Shown: positions 11,978 to 24,800 of the stretch, one piece after another
Numbering within the stretch: position 1 is the stretch's first letter
Layout: every line of letters starts with the position of its first letter
Program-made: the position numbers and the translations under genes
Source: Bilabrum cf. latius
Lineage: Eukaryota
Assembly: GCA_965178125.1 (NCBI GenBank)
Contig: OZ237743.1
Span: 1,240,001-1,304,000 of the forward strand
Direction of reading: 5' to 3'
DNA length: 64,000 nucleotides
Notes under the pieces: model-generated
The model's database searches: none
What the model was told of the DNA's origin: nothing
Seen by the model: only the letters and a program-made list of their open reading frames with translations

Positions 11978-13753
11978 TCACCTTCGCCTGCCCCCACCGC
12001 CCATCTTTCGCTTCATGGCCTTGCGCATCGCCGCCACATTCGGCATGCCCCCTGCCCCGCCCCCGCCCAGCATCCCGGCCAGGGCACTCATGTCCGGCAT
12101 GCCCCCTGCACCCGCACCCGCGCCCCCCGCGCCACCCCCCATCATGGCCTTGGCCATCTCCATGATGCCACCCCCCCCGCCCCCCTGCATCATCTTCTGC
12201 AACCCAGCCATGCCCCCGGGCATGCCGCCGGCGCCCCCAGTTGCCGGCCCCTTGCCGCCCTTGCCCCCAGCGCCCCCCTCCATCGCCTGCATCATCTTCA
12301 TCATGTTCCCCACGCCCCCCATCCGCTGCAGCACCTCGGGGTTGCCCCCGAATGCCTTGGCCAGCTGCTGCTGCACGGCCCTCGGGTCCCTCTTCATCTG
12401 CGACTTGAGCGCCGCTTCATTCTGCAGCAGCTTGCTCTGCTTGAGGCCCTGCATCAGGCTGCCCATCTGCCGGGCCATGTCCACCATCTGCACGATGGTC
12501 TGGATCGGGTGCCCGGACCCGATGGCGATTCGCATGCACCTCGAGTGGTCCAGGGCAGAGCCCAGGTCGGCCTCAAGCTCTTTGTGCGTCAGCGAGTCGA
12601 GGATGATGGTGAACCGCTTCAAGTGCGCCGTGGGGTCGGCACCGGCGGGCGCGTTTGCCATCATCTGCGACATGCCTGGGATCATGCCGACCATCTTTGA
12701 CAAGCTGCCCATGCCTGTGAGCTGGTCCATCAGCTGCTTGAAGTCCTTCAGGCACAGCTTCTTGCCCTTGATCATTGTCTTGCGCATGTCCTCCATCGCC
12801 TTCTCGTCCATCGTCTCACGCACCGTCTCGGCCAGCCCCGCGAGGTCACCCCGCCCCAGCAGCTTGTTGACGAACCGCTTCGGGTCGAACGGGTCCAGGG
12901 CGTCGAAGTGTTCCCCTGAGCCCGTGAACGCCACCGGGCTGCCGGTCGCGATCACGGCAGACAGGGCACCCCCGCCCTTTGCGTGTCCGTCTAGCTTGGT
13001 GATCACCACGCTGCCCACCGCCACGGAGGCCTTGAAGGCGGCTGCCTGCGCCTGGGCCGACTGCCCGATGGTGGAATCCATGACGAAGACCACGTCGTCG
13101 GGGTCCACGGCCTGGTGTATGTCCTCCATCTCCTCGAAGAGGGCTTCTTCTTGCTGGTGCCGCCCCGACGTGTCCACGATGATGAGGTCGAAGCCCTCCT
13201 TGCGGAAGGCCTCCACGCCCTCCTTGGCGATCTTCACCGGGTCCGGCTGGCTGTAGGAGCCGTAGTAGGGGACGTGCAGCTTCTGCGCGTTCTGCTTGAG
13301 CTGGTCAAATGCGCCCGCTCGGAACGTGTCGGCGCACACCATGCCCACCTTCCACTTGCGCTGCTTGTAGTAGTTCGCATACTTGGCCACCGTTGTCGTC
13401 TTGCCGGCTCCCTGCAGGCCTACAAACATGATCACGTTGCCACCTTTCTTCTTTTTCTTTGGTTTGTACGGCTCTGTTCCCGGATCTAGCATCTGAACCA
13501 AGCCATTGAACACTGCTTGCTCCACCAGTCTCGCAGTCTGCACACCAGGAGCACTTCGTGCGGCTACCTCGCTTTTTACGCTTCGCCGCAGCTGGGCCAC
13601 TGTGTGTGCATTAACATCTCCCATCACAAGGGCGCGGCAGATTTCGCCGAGGACGGAATCCACAAGCTTTGCCTCTTCCTCCTCAGTTTCCGTGGGTCTT
13701 TGCAGGGAAGCAAGTGCAGACGTGATCTGCGACCCAAGCCCCGAAAGCACCAT
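11978..13753 (-). CDS. SRP54: Signal recognition particle 54 kDa subunit
   Basis: GLQGAGKTTT, CADTFRAGAFDQL, DTSGRH, TKLDGHAKGGGALS, and a Met-rich M domain with a long Gly/Met tail. No internal TAG; ends TGA. Confidence 0.97.
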   Translation of the reverse strand: MVLSGLGSQITSALASLQRPTETEEEEAKLVDSVLGEICRALVMGDVNAHTVAQLRRSVKSEVAARSAPGVQTARLVEQAVFNGLVQMLDPGTEPYKPKKKKKGGNVIMFVGLQGAGKTTTVAKYANYYKQRKWKVGMVCADTFRAGAFDQLKQNAQKLHVPYYGSYSQPDPVKIAKEGVEAFRKEGFDLIIVDTSGRHQQEEALFEEMEDIHQAVDPDDVVFVMDSTIGQSAQAQAAAFKASVAVGSVVITKLDGHAKGGGALSAVIATGSPVAFTGSGEHFDALDPFDPKRFVNKLLGRGDLAGLAETVRETMDEKAMEDMRKTMIKGKKLCLKDFKQLMDQLTGMGSLSKMVGMIPGMSQMMANAPAGADPTAHLKRFTIILDSLTHKELEADLGSALDHSRCMRIAIGSGHPIQTIVQMVDMARQMGSLMQGLKQSKLLQNEAALKSQMKRDPRAVQQQLAKAFGGNPEVLQRMGGVGNMMKMMQAMEGGAGGKGGKGPATGGAGGMPGGMAGLQKMMQGGGGGGIMEMAKAMMGGGAGGAGAGAGGMPDMSALAGMLGGGGAGGMPNVAAMRKAMKRKMGGGGRRR

Positions 13754-13972
13754 GGTAATCAGTCAACAATGCGGGAAATAGAAAAAGCCTCAAGAAACAA
13801 AACTGCGCTTGCTGTGCGGCTGGCCGGTCAGACAGCTGGTGGTTGCGGAACATGAAGGTTCTCGTGATGTCGCCGCGCATTTCATCCTTGTAACGTTATA
13901 GTATAAACAAAATCTGGATTACAGCCGCGGCAGCGCACCCAAATCCGGATCACCTCCTGAAAAGCAAGCAAC

Positions 13973-14488
13973 ATGGCCATGGCGCGCTCCTCCCGCAGCA
14001 TCATGTCCGCTGTACGATCTGTTGCCGCTTCTGGGTCCCGGCGCTGGTTGTCTGCAGCTGCCGCTGACGCCAAGAACGACGAGCTAGTGTTCACGCTTTC
14101 GGTGCCTAGCCGCTCTTTGGTTAACAATCGCACCGTCAAGCGAGTGACCGTGCCCGCCGCTGAGGGAGAGCTTGGTTTGGAAAAGGATGGCCCAGCCAGC
14201 CTTTTGGAGCTGCGCCCGGGCATCGTGGATGTGCTGAACGAGGATGACAGCAGCGATAAGTGGTTCATCCCCGGTGGCTTTGCCTTCTACAACCCCGACA
14301 ACACGCTGGCCGTGTCTACACCGGAGGGAGTGTCCGTAGATGAGATTGATGAGGACGCGATCAAGACTGAGCTGACCCAGTGGCAGGCGAAGCTTGCCTC
14401 TGCCGAGACGGGCTCCAAGGAGGAGGCCGAGGCGACGATCGTGGTGGACATGTACCGCGAGCTGCAGGCATCCATGGGCCGCCTGTGA
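13973..14488 (+). CDS. ATP16: Mitochondrial F1Fo ATP synthase subunit delta
   Basis: Arg/Ser/Ala-rich presequence (RRWLSAAA), VTVPAAEGELG, LRPGIVDV, WFIPGGFA and a C-terminal helical hairpin. Ends TGA. Confidence 0.9.
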   Translation: MAMARSSRSIMSAVRSVAASGSRRWLSAAAADAKNDELVFTLSVPSRSLVNNRTVKRVTVPAAEGELGLEKDGPASLLELRPGIVDVLNEDDSSDKWFIPGGFAFYNPDNTLAVSTPEGVSVDEIDEDAIKTELTQWQAKLASAETGSKEEAEATIVVDMYRELQASMGRL

Positions 14489-14711
14489 GCATTGGCTGGT
14501 GAAATGCTTGTGCTTGGGACTCCTGTGATGTGCTGCTGGAGCTGGGGGCCTTGGGGAAGCGTGGCAGCAGCTCATTGGGGTGCACCTGAACGAGGTGGAT
14601 TGCTGGATGGATGGATGGAAATTACTATAACAGAAAATATTCCCGACTTACGAGCCATCGTTTCAACCTTTTGATGCATGCGAAACATTCCAGGAAGTGT
14701 CCTTTTCTCTC

Positions 14712-16823
14712 TTATTCCGTCTCAAGCATGCTCGCCCAACCCTCGGCCACCCTCGCCACTGCCTCGCTGCAGACGGCGGGCGTTTCTGCCACAACCTTGT
14801 ACCTGCACCGACCGTCCTCCCGCACAGACACGATGCCTCGCCGGGCCCCGCCGCACCTCAGCTGCACAAGCGCCACCCGCCGCGCCCCCGGGAGCGCCGG
14901 CCGCGGCCCCGCCCCTGTCGCCACCCACGCCCTCCAGTCCTCGTTGGCCCAGGCAAGCTCCCGCCTGGCCTGCTGCCCCATTTCCTCCCTCTCCCCCGCA
15001 CCGGGGGCATAGGGGTCCCTTCCGTCCCCGTCCACCCACACCCCCCCATCCCTCAGGTCCTCCTCACCCGGGGAACAGTTGTCCCCCCCGTCCATCAGCA
15101 GCACGATCCCGTCCAGGCCCGCCCTCCGCATGGACCAGGGGCCCAGGGCAGCGGCCCCGTCCCCCTCGAAATCGGGAGACACGCGCCAGGAGCCCGGACC
15201 AGACACATCTCCAACACCACCACCAACACCATCACTGGCCCCGTTCCCGTTCCCGTCGCTGCTGCTGTTCCGGTTAAGCAGGGGGCTCAACGCGGCTGCG
15301 GGTGCCAGCCCCAGGGACCCGAAGAGGGCCGCTCGGGGCACAGAGGCACGATGCGAGCGCCACGCCAGCGGAACCTAAGGGGGCGCCGCGCCATTCTCTG
15401 CGCCTGCCGATGCCGTGGACTGCGTGCCGCGCTTGGCCGCGCCGTCTGACGCAATGAGACCTCGCGGGCCGTGGTTCCGCACGCGCTCCGCCGCGCGGCG
15501 CCGCCATTGGTCGCGCAGGCGCTGCGCCTGGGCGAGCTGCTTGCCCGACGGAACCGGCAGCGCACTGGGGTCTTCTTTCGGCTCCGAGTCGGCGCCATCA
15601 TCACCGCCATCGCTCCTGCGCCTCTTTCTCTTGTTCCCTCGACCCCTGTTCCCCCCGGGCCCGAACCGCGCCCCCGCCGGGGGCTCCTCACCGCGGGCGA
15701 GCGCCTTGCTGCCGGCACTCCCGTCACCCTCGCCCACCGCCTCTGCCGCGGCACGGGCGGCCTTCGGGCCCAGCATCCACCTGGCCATCGGCGGGGAGCC
15801 CTGCTGCTCGGGTGCTACCGCCAGCGGTCCCTATCCCTGTCCCAGTCCCAGGTTCGGCCCTGCGGCCATCCAGGCGTGCAGCAGGACAGGCGGGGCGGGG
15901 ACGGGGTCCCGCGTGGCCCCCAGGTCGGGGGATGACGAGTGCAGGAACAGGCCCGACCACTCCCCCAGTGTGGCGGGGCGCGTGCCAGGCTCGGGGTCGG
16001 GGCCTGTCGCGGGAGGCTGCTCCTTCTCCTGCCCTTGCTCCTGCTGCTCGTCTGCTCCAAGGCTCGCCCCCACCTCGGTCTGGTTGTTCTCTGGGGCGGT
16101 CCACCCCCTGGGCACCTCCCACTGCGTGAGGTTCCGCAGCCAGCAGAGCTCGAAGACCTGCGGGGGCGTGCCCGATTCCGCGGCGCCCCCCTTGACGGCC
16201 TTGGCGGGGAGGGCGGGAGTGCGGACGCAGGGCTCCTCCCACAGCAGCGGCCACAGGGCGGCATCCGGGCCCCAGCGAGACGCGTACAGCGAGGCAATGC
16301 CCCGGTGGGACTGCGCGGCGAACGCGGCCGATTCCACGGCGCGCTGGTGCGCCAGCCGAGCCGAGTGCATCTTTGCAGGGGTCTTGGCTTTCCGGATCGC
16401 TCGCCTTGCCTTTCCCATGGCATCCATGGCCTCTTTTACGCCGTCGTGCGAGCGCTGTATGGTTGATTGCAAGCTTTTTTGCGTTCTGGCTGCCTGCTGC
16501 AGGCGGTCGGACGGGCTGCTCAAGGATGCCCACGCCTCGGCTCCTTCGCGGTGCGCCCTGGCAAATTCCCTCAGCCACGCAACATGATTCCTCCCAGCTT
16601 CCGCACATTCGGACTACTCCACTGAGCAAATATGATCAGGATCAGTGGGTTTTTCCTAGTAGCAGCCACAGCAGCCCAAAATGCCATACCCATCTGGTGC
16701 GCCATCCGTGCCATCTGAGGCGAACGCTACGCCGCCGCTAGAGGATAACTGGCACACCTGCTCTGCGCGTGGCAAGGATACGTGTATTAGTATGATTAGT
16801 GTGAACAGGAACGACCCTGACAT
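14712..16823 (-). CDS. Glucosidase II beta/PRKCSH-like protein with C-terminal MRH domain (4 in-frame TAG; ends TAA)
   Basis: ATG 16823 gives signal peptide MSGSFLFTLIILIHVSLPRA, then a Cys-rich segment and a helical segment. The C-terminus MDGGDNC...VQLRCG...VSVREDGRCRYKVVAETPAVC resembles an MRH domain. TAG at 16656, 16614, 15831 and 15375. Confidence 0.65.
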
Positions 16824-17014
16824 GTCCGGTACTCCCAGAATAGGACTGTTTTAAGGCTCATCCGTGAGCCCACGTGTATTTCCGGCTCCGAGCCAGGCCC
16901 GGACACGTGCACTCAAAATGTGTGGTTTGCGATCTTATTGCTTCATTCGTTAATCGAGCACACCACAAACACCCACCAACGAAACCTGTGTCATAGTTTC
17001 TGCCCAACCCTCCC

Positions 17015-18458
17015 TCAGAAGGCCCCGGAGTCCTTGCTCGAGTCGAACTGCGTCATGCTCGCGTCGTGGCCCTCGAGTGACTGCGCCCCACCCCCCCCTC
17101 CCGCCACGTCCACCGCCACCGACCGCAGGCTGGACGCATTGTAGCTCCTGATCCTGTCCTTTTCGTGCCTCAGCATGCGTGGCGAGAGCCTGTCAGGGCC
17201 CTTCTCCAGCTCCTTGTGCGTCGCGTCCAGCTGCTCGGGGGTGCACACCAGCACGGTGGGTCTCTGCCTCGTGATGGCAGATGCCACCTAAAAGGCGTCG
17301 AAGGAGCGGCCCGGCAGCAGGAGCTTGGCCCCCGCCTGCAGGGCGCCCAGGCAAACGCCCAGCATGGTGGCTGACGAGTGCATGGGGGCCGTGACCAGCA
17401 CGACATCCTGTGCGGTCAGACCCAGAGCCTTGGCACCCTTCCCCGCGAGGTCCATGGCACCGGCCTGGGAGACCGACTCGCCCCAGCGGATCCCGCCGCT
17501 CCCATCTGAGTGCCCTGCCGTGTACAGCGGCGCGCTGACGTCGACGAACGGTGCTACCCGGGGGAGGGGGCACGGCGCGGCGTGGTACACGGGCATCTGG
17601 AAAAACCCGAGGAATCCGTTCACTTCCCGCGGGTGGGAGGCATCGAACACGTACCGAAGGTTCGGCAGGTCCTGCGACTGCACCACCCCCGTGGAAGAGA
17701 ACCTCTCGTGCATCCTCAGCGTGGGGCAAGCGGCCCCCTCCAGCCCGGGCACCTGGCCCATGGCCTGGACCCCAGGACCCGGAGCCACAAGTTCCTGCGC
17801 CCGGTCCTTCCCCCCGCAGCGCGCCCGGCCCACGAGCAGTCCCCTGGACCCGCGCTCCCCGAGTGCCTGGTTGACGGCAGAGGCCGGCAGGTCCCCGTCG
17901 AGCCCCGTGACATGGGCCCCCGTGTGGGCTGCTCCCAGCACGGCCATGAGGGTCTCCACCTCTGTGGGCCCCGTCCAGGTCAGCATCTCGGCGCCGTTCT
18001 TGAAGCCGTACTCCAGCAGCCCCCTGGCGGTCGCGCTCACGTGTTCCCTGGTCTCATCCCTGCCCCACTTGTGCTGCTCGGTGCCCGCGCTCACGAAGAG
18101 CTGGTCCTTGAAGGGCCGCTGCTCAAGCAAGTCGTCCAGCATCGCGCCGATCGGGACGGAGGATGGACCGCTACCGTACAATGCAGATTCAGGAGTGCGG
18201 TCGTTAGCCGCTGCAAAGAAAAAAGGAGAGGGGGAGGGAGGTGGTAGCGAATCAATAGCAAGTGGAGCAGCAGCACAGCTGCGGGCAAAATTCCGGATTG
18301 GCGCTCTCACCAGCGGCACGTGGACGGTGCCTTGCCTATCTTGCGCTCATCGAGGGGTGAGCGGGCTACCAAGGGACATACGTATCTTTCGCCTTGTAGG
18401 ACGGCACTACCGATGCGGAGCTCGCCGCTGAGCTGGACACAGCTCGTCCTGCGAACAT
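17015..18458 (-). CDS. Truncated/degenerate AMP-binding (acyl-CoA synthetase-like) protein, probably with an N-terminal presequence exon
   Basis: ARGLLEYGF, MAVLGAAHTGA, DVVLVTAPMHS, GAKLLLPGRSFDAF*VASAITRQRPTVLVCTP (TAG at 17288 inside the domain). Putative exon 1 (18458-18313) and an intron ending ttttttctttgcag. Ends TGA. Confidence 0.7.
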
Positions 18459-18954
18459 TCAGAAGTCAAACGGAACAGAGGACAGCGTATTCAATTCAAA
18501 TATAACATACGGACGAGATGGTAATCCTTGCATGCCGCAACATGCGACCGCGAGAGGCCATCCAAAGCAGGATAGAGAAAGGATGCCCCCGCTGGAGCGC
18601 TCCGTGCCTCCAGAGAGGATCTCTCACGTCTGGCCAGCTGCAATGAGGTATGAACAACAGATCGAGAGACCCTGCTGACCTTTTGCATCTCGCTAGAGCT
18701 GCAAACTGGCCTATGAGGCAATATCATGCAGCAGACAAAATGCAGACGCAGCGGGTAGCGTGTACATTTAGATGCTTCTCGAGTCGTACGCTCTACACGT
18801 CTTGCAGCTGCAACTACGCTCAGTTTTCCTAAAAATTGCAAGTGCTAGTATACGTTGTATAGGTGCACGGCTGCCAGCTCTAGCTGATTTTCTTGGAAGG
18901 CCTTGATCGCGCATCAGAACACTAGGTCCGGCTGCTTTGACACTGTCCATTGGG

Positions 18955-21828
18955 ATGGCGTACAAGGCATTCTTGGCAGGGATGGTTTCCCCCGCTGCGT
19001 AGCACAAGGAAGTTCGACACGATCTCGAGCGGATGCAAAAGATGGGCCGAGTTCGGGTCGCTTAGGGAGCTTTTTCCAACCCGGGACTCGTGGTTACCAC
19101 GAGCCCGTTCAGCTCGCCGCAGCAATCACACGGAACACGCAGGCCCAGCAATGCACCCAATTCAGCGGGAAGCATAAATCCAGCGTATTCAAACGGCGCC
19201 TCTGCCCGGCCAGGGAGCCGGGGAGATTCACCCGCATCGCGCGGAAGCAGACGAGCATCCCGCCTGCCGTCGCCAGACGCGGGGACAGTCCCGCAACGGG
19301 GCAGAAACGGAAATGCAGACACCCCGCAGTCGCTCGCTAGCAATGGATCGCCATATGGAAGTGACCGCATGATGCTGCACGCGGCCGATGCGGCGCCCCA
19401 GGAGCGGTACCTGGCACCGGGCGCCCAGCGCGCCCGCTCCGAGGCACTTGCTCGCGGTGGCCCGCATGCGGCGGGGCCCAAGGCCCACGTGTACCCGGGG
19501 CAGAGCCCCCCGCCTCCGCCCCCGCCCCGTGGCCCCGCCACATCGCAGCCCGGCCCTCACGCTGGGTATGACGAGTGGATCCCGGCAACGAGGGACGAGG
19601 CAGAGCTGCTGCGGCGCATCCAGGAAGAAAAAGAGAAGCAGGAGGCGGCGCAGCAGCAGCTCGTGGCACTGGTGGGTGCATCGCACGGCGGTACGCCTCA
19701 CGGGTACACCCATCAGCGGGACGGCGATTGCAGACAAGGGAGTAGCAGGGGCAGCGGCGGAGGCGGAGGCGCGATGTCCGTGGCAGGAAGCACCGCGGGG
19801 AGCGTGGGCACGACAGGAAGGTTCCGCAGTGGTGCGCGGCGCCGTGGCACGGACCGCGGCTTGCGCGTCGGGTCCCCGCACTCGTCACCATCCCCCCCTG
19901 GATCCGGATCTGCGGGCCGGGCCAGCGTGACGGCCCCCCCGCTGGGCGTGGATGGCTCTGGGTATGGTTCTGGGTATGGCTCTGGGGTGGGGGAGCTGCG
20001 GGAGCTGCGGCGGCGGCTCCGTCGCACGAGCCAGCGGGTTGCAGAGCAAAGGCACGACATGACGGCGCAGGCGCGTGAGCTGCAGGCAGCCACGCGCGCG
20101 GCGGGGAGCGCCAGCAGCCAGCTGCTGCAGTCCTCGAGCGAGCTGCGGGAGTACAAGGAGAGGGTGGGGGAGCTGGCGGGACTGCTCCGGCAGGTGGCCG
20201 CCAGGGCCATGAGGGCGGACCCGTTGAGTCCCCGGGAGATGCACGAGCTGTCGGCCGCCGTGCAGCAGGCCATGCCCCCGAGCGGGGTCGGGGGGAATTC
20301 CCCAGGGGGCAGGCAGGGGGGCAGGAGGCAACCGCACTCGTCACACCAGCAGCGGTCGCCTCTGGGCGGTGCGGACGGGGCCGGCCCTAGACAGCCGTGG
20401 GGCGCCGGCCCTGGGCTGCGAGCGGGTGGCGCGGCGCCGAACGGTTCCGCAAGATCCCCCGGCGCGCGCACGCCCAGTCGCAGGCAGTACGGGCTGGGAT
20501 CGACGCAGCCGCAGCCCCCCAGGGCGCGCAGGGGACCGCTGATTGACGGTGGGGGCCCCAGGGGATCTCCCCTGGGACGGGAGGGGGCATCCCCTGACGT
20601 GTACGTGCCCCCGCGCCCCACGGCGTAGGGAAGCGGAACCAATGGGCAAATGCGCGGCGCCGGCTCGAGGGCAGACCTGGAGCGGGCCATGCGGGAGGGG
20701 CAGGAGGGGGACCTGGCGGTGCTGGGGGCCAGGGAGGAGCTGCTGGCGCTGGCGGTGGAGGCAGAGCGAGGGGCAAGGGCGGTGGAGGCAGCAGCCGCTG
20801 GTGTAGGAGGAGATGGGGGAGGAGCAGGGGTGCTGCCTCGCAGCGGGGGCAGCAGGCTGCCAGCAGTGGACGAGGACGAGAACGGGGAGGAGGAGATCGG
20901 GGCTGCAGGGGTCGGGGCAGCCGGACAGGAGCGCAAGGAGGGCGAGCACCAAGTGGGGGAACAATTGGGGGAACAAGGAAAGAACAAGGGGGATGAGAAA
21001 TACGGGGTGCTGGGAATGGAGGCTGGCATGGGCATGGCAGTTGGAGGAGAGGGGGGGCCTCATCAGCGGGGCAGCGGGTGGTCCCCCGCAGCAGAGGGGT
21101 CTCCCACCACGAGAGGCATCGCGAGGATGAGCGGTAGTCCGGGGGTGGGCCTGGGCGACGGGGGTCTTGGCAGGGGCAGGGTGGGCCTGAGCGGGAGTGT
21201 GGGGGTGCATCGCCCTGCAGTGTCGCCGCCAGTGAGGCCCATCCAGCGGCCGGGGCCCTCGCACTCGCCCCCACAGTCGGTCGCCCCCGCATCGAGCCGT
21301 CAGGGCGCATTGCATGGCGATGCAGGCGACGAGGCCGCCTCGGGCCTGTCGCCCATGCCCCGGCCAGAGCACGCGCGACCCGCCGCTCAGGTGGTCAGCC
21401 TGCCAGCCCACTACCAGCAGCAGCAGCAGCAGCCGGAGCCCCAGCACTATGGCGCCGGCAGCAGCCCGGTCTCCCCATCCCCATCCCCATCCCCATCCCC
21501 ATCGCCGTCCTCCTCGTCCCTGACATCCTCCTACGAGCGAGCATCTGCGCAGCGGGCCGCCCTGTCACTGGAGGATGCCAGCAGGATGGCAGCCGCGGAG
21601 GCAGCCGCAGAGGCGGAGGAGGCGCGTGCCAGGGAACAAATCGAGGCGGAGGGCCCGCTGTCCATGGGCGAGCGGGCGCGGGTGGCAGCGGGCAGGGACG
21701 CCAGGCCCAGGCATGAGGACCGAATCGATGGGGAGGGCGGCAGACCGCGGTACGTGGTGCCACCGCCCGTGGTGATCACTGGCCCTCAGGCGATGGAAAG
21801 AAGGAACATGCAGGAACAGCATGAACTG

Positions 21829-21866
<38 letters not shown>

Positions 21867-24800
21867 CCCGGACCAGTCGCAGGGAGCAAGCCAAGGCCAC
21901 GACTAGGGACTGCCGACGGGGCCTGCCTCGCAGAATGCAGGCCATGCCAGAAGCACCAGCAGCACGTCGCACCAGCCGGAATCCCCCAGAGACGCGGTCG
22001 TTATCCCAGGCACTGCGCCTGCACCTGCACCTGCTTCGCCCCCTCGTCCAGCAAGCGTGTATGCATCGGCACAGGCACAGGAACTGACGGGCGCGTTGGT
22101 AGCCGACGCACAGGCACAAGGATCTGTGCCCCGCCCCGCAGGCACACCACCGCCGGGTGCAGCTCGTCGAGCCGGGAGCTCGCATTCTCCCGAGCATGAG
22201 GCTTCCGGGGAACGAAAGCAGCAGAGCAGCGAGGCTAGCCAGCCCACGCCGGAGGCTCCTGCCGGCGCGAGGCCTGCCAGTGGTGGAGACCCTGAACCTG
22301 CAAGTGGGTCTGGTAGAGGCGGTGGCAGCGGCACTGGTACCTCGGCAAGTGCCGTCGCACTATCCGACCAAACGACACCCAGCAAAGAAGCAGCAGCAGC
22401 AGCAGCACCAGCACCAGCACCAGCAGCACCAGCACCAGCACCAGTGCCAACAAAAGCCCCGCCATCCTCCACTTCGCCCGGAGACAAAGCCAGTCCCAGG
22501 GCTCGCAAGCCCATCCCAAGGCCTGGAGATGCAGGGGGCATCCCCACGCCGATCGTAGCTGATGGAGCCGCCGACGTGGGCGATGATACGGCCGTGCCAA
22601 GCGTGGAAGCTCAAGCAGCTGAAGCAGTACCCGCACCCGCACCAGCATCGGCACTGTAGCCAGCGCCCGAACGAAAGCAAAAGCCCAGCGAGCCAAACGA
22701 GGATGTTGGGTAGGGCGAGGCCGGTGATAGTCCGAACGAGCAGTAGCACAAGGCACGGCTAGAGGGCAGCGAGAAGGCCCAGGACCAGGAGCCCATGCCT
22801 GCCATGGCACTGGCGTTTCTGGCTGAAGATGCTGGCGGTGGCGCTGGTGCCGGTGCTGACTCAAGCTCGACTGGCAAGGCAAATGGGGATGGTAACGAGA
22901 GAGTGGTCGGCAGCGGTCAGGCATCGAAGAAGAAGCCCGTGGCAAGCCAAGGCGCCAGTGCATCGCATCGTGACCGACCAAAGGAGAAAGCTTCGGAGGC
23001 AGCAATAGCAAGCGAGGATGCCCCAGAGTCTGCGATAGTTTCTGAAGAGTCAGCCGAGGCAAAGCCCGCAACTGCACCTGCACCTGCACCTGCACCTGCA
23101 CCTGCACCTGCACCTGCACCTGCACCTGCACCTGCACCTGCACCTGCACCTGCACCTGCACCTGCACCTGCACCTGCACCTGCACCTGTGCCCGCAGCAT
23201 CAGAACCAGCCCCAGCCCCAGCCCCAGCCCCAGCCCCAGCCCCAGCCCCAGCCCCAGCCGCAGCACCGGCGTCAGCCCCAGCCCCAGCCCCAGCCCCAGC
23301 ACCAGCACCGGCGTCAGCACCAGCGCCAGCACCCAAGCCGACTCTCAAGGCTCTCAAGTAGCAGCTAGCGGCTGAAGGAAACAAGAAAGGCAGTGGCAAG
23401 TCCAAGGATGCAAAGACTGGACCCACAGGATCCAAGGCAAAGGCAGCTGGGGTCAAGGCCAAGGCAGCGAAGGGGAAGGGTAGGCTTGCGGCACTGCGGT
23501 CCAAGCTTAAGGAGGAGGAGAGTGACAAGCACAAGGGGAAGGAAGCAGACAAAGCCAAGACCAGCGGTAAGGCAAAGGCTGACGCTGCCGAGGCTGGGTC
23601 AACTGGGCCTGCTAGCAGCCGCACTGGCACTGGCACTGGCACTGGCACTAAGCCCAAGCCTCAGCCACTAGCGGCCAAGAGCGCAGGCCCGCCCAAGAAC
23701 CCGAGCAAAGGCAAACCGACGGACAGTGGCAAGGCTGCAAGCAAGGTCACTGCAGGCAAGCTGCCCCCGCCGCCATCGCCAGGCACCGCCTCCGGCAAGC
23801 ACACTGGAAAGGGTAGCGGCAAGGGCAAGACCACGGGCAAGCCGGCTCCCAGCTCTGGCTCCAGTGCTGCGCTGCCTCCGCCACCAGCCCCTGGTTCCAG
23901 GTCGAGCCGAAGTCCCGCTGGTTCGCCGCCCGCCTCGCTGCCCCCGTCCCCGAAAGGGTCTCCGCTGGCCAAGCCAAAGCCAAAGACGACGGGCAATGGT
24001 AGTCTGCCGCCACCACCAAGCAGTCCGTCCGCGCCCCCGAGCAAGAAGGGCTCTGGCACCAAGACCAAGGCAAGCAAGGCCAAAGGGCCGCCGCCTGCCA
24101 GCCCGCCGCCCAGCCCGCGCACGAAATCTGCCCTACCTGGTCCGCCTTCCAGCAAAGGACCGCCTTCCAGCAAAGGACCGCCTTCCAGCAAAGGACCGCC
24201 TTCCAGCAAAGGACCGCCTTCCAGCAAAGGACCGCCTTCCAGCAAAGGACCGCCTTCCAGCAAGGCCAAGAGCAAGAGCAAGACGCTGCCGGGACCACCG
24301 GCAAGCCCGCCATCAGGCAAGCCGTCTGCGTCCAGCAGCAAGCTCCCGGGCCCCCCGGGATCCCCGCCGCCGCCTGCATCTGGGGCTAGCAAGACGAAGG
24401 CATCGCCGAAGTCGCCCCCGCCATCCCCCAAGGGGCCCCCAGGGGCAGCACCCCCCAGCAAGGTGAAGAACAAGGTGAAGGGCAAGGCAGGCATGGGCCC
24501 GCCACCAGCTGGCAAGGCAAGCAAGGGGCTACCGCCAGCTGGAAAGCCGCCGAAAGGAGCCAAGGCCAGTCCACCACCAGCTGGCCGCAGCGGGAAGGGC
24601 AAGGCCCCTTCGGCAAGCAAAGGACCGCCTTCCAGCAAGAGCAAGGGCAAGGGGAAGAGCAAGAGCAAGACGCTGCCGGGACCACCGGCAAGCCCGCCAT
24701 CAGGCAAGCCGTCTGCGTCCAGCAGCAAGCTCCCGGGCCCCCCGGGATCCCCGCCGCCGCCTGCATCTGGGGCTAGCAAGACGAAGGCATCGCCGAAGTC

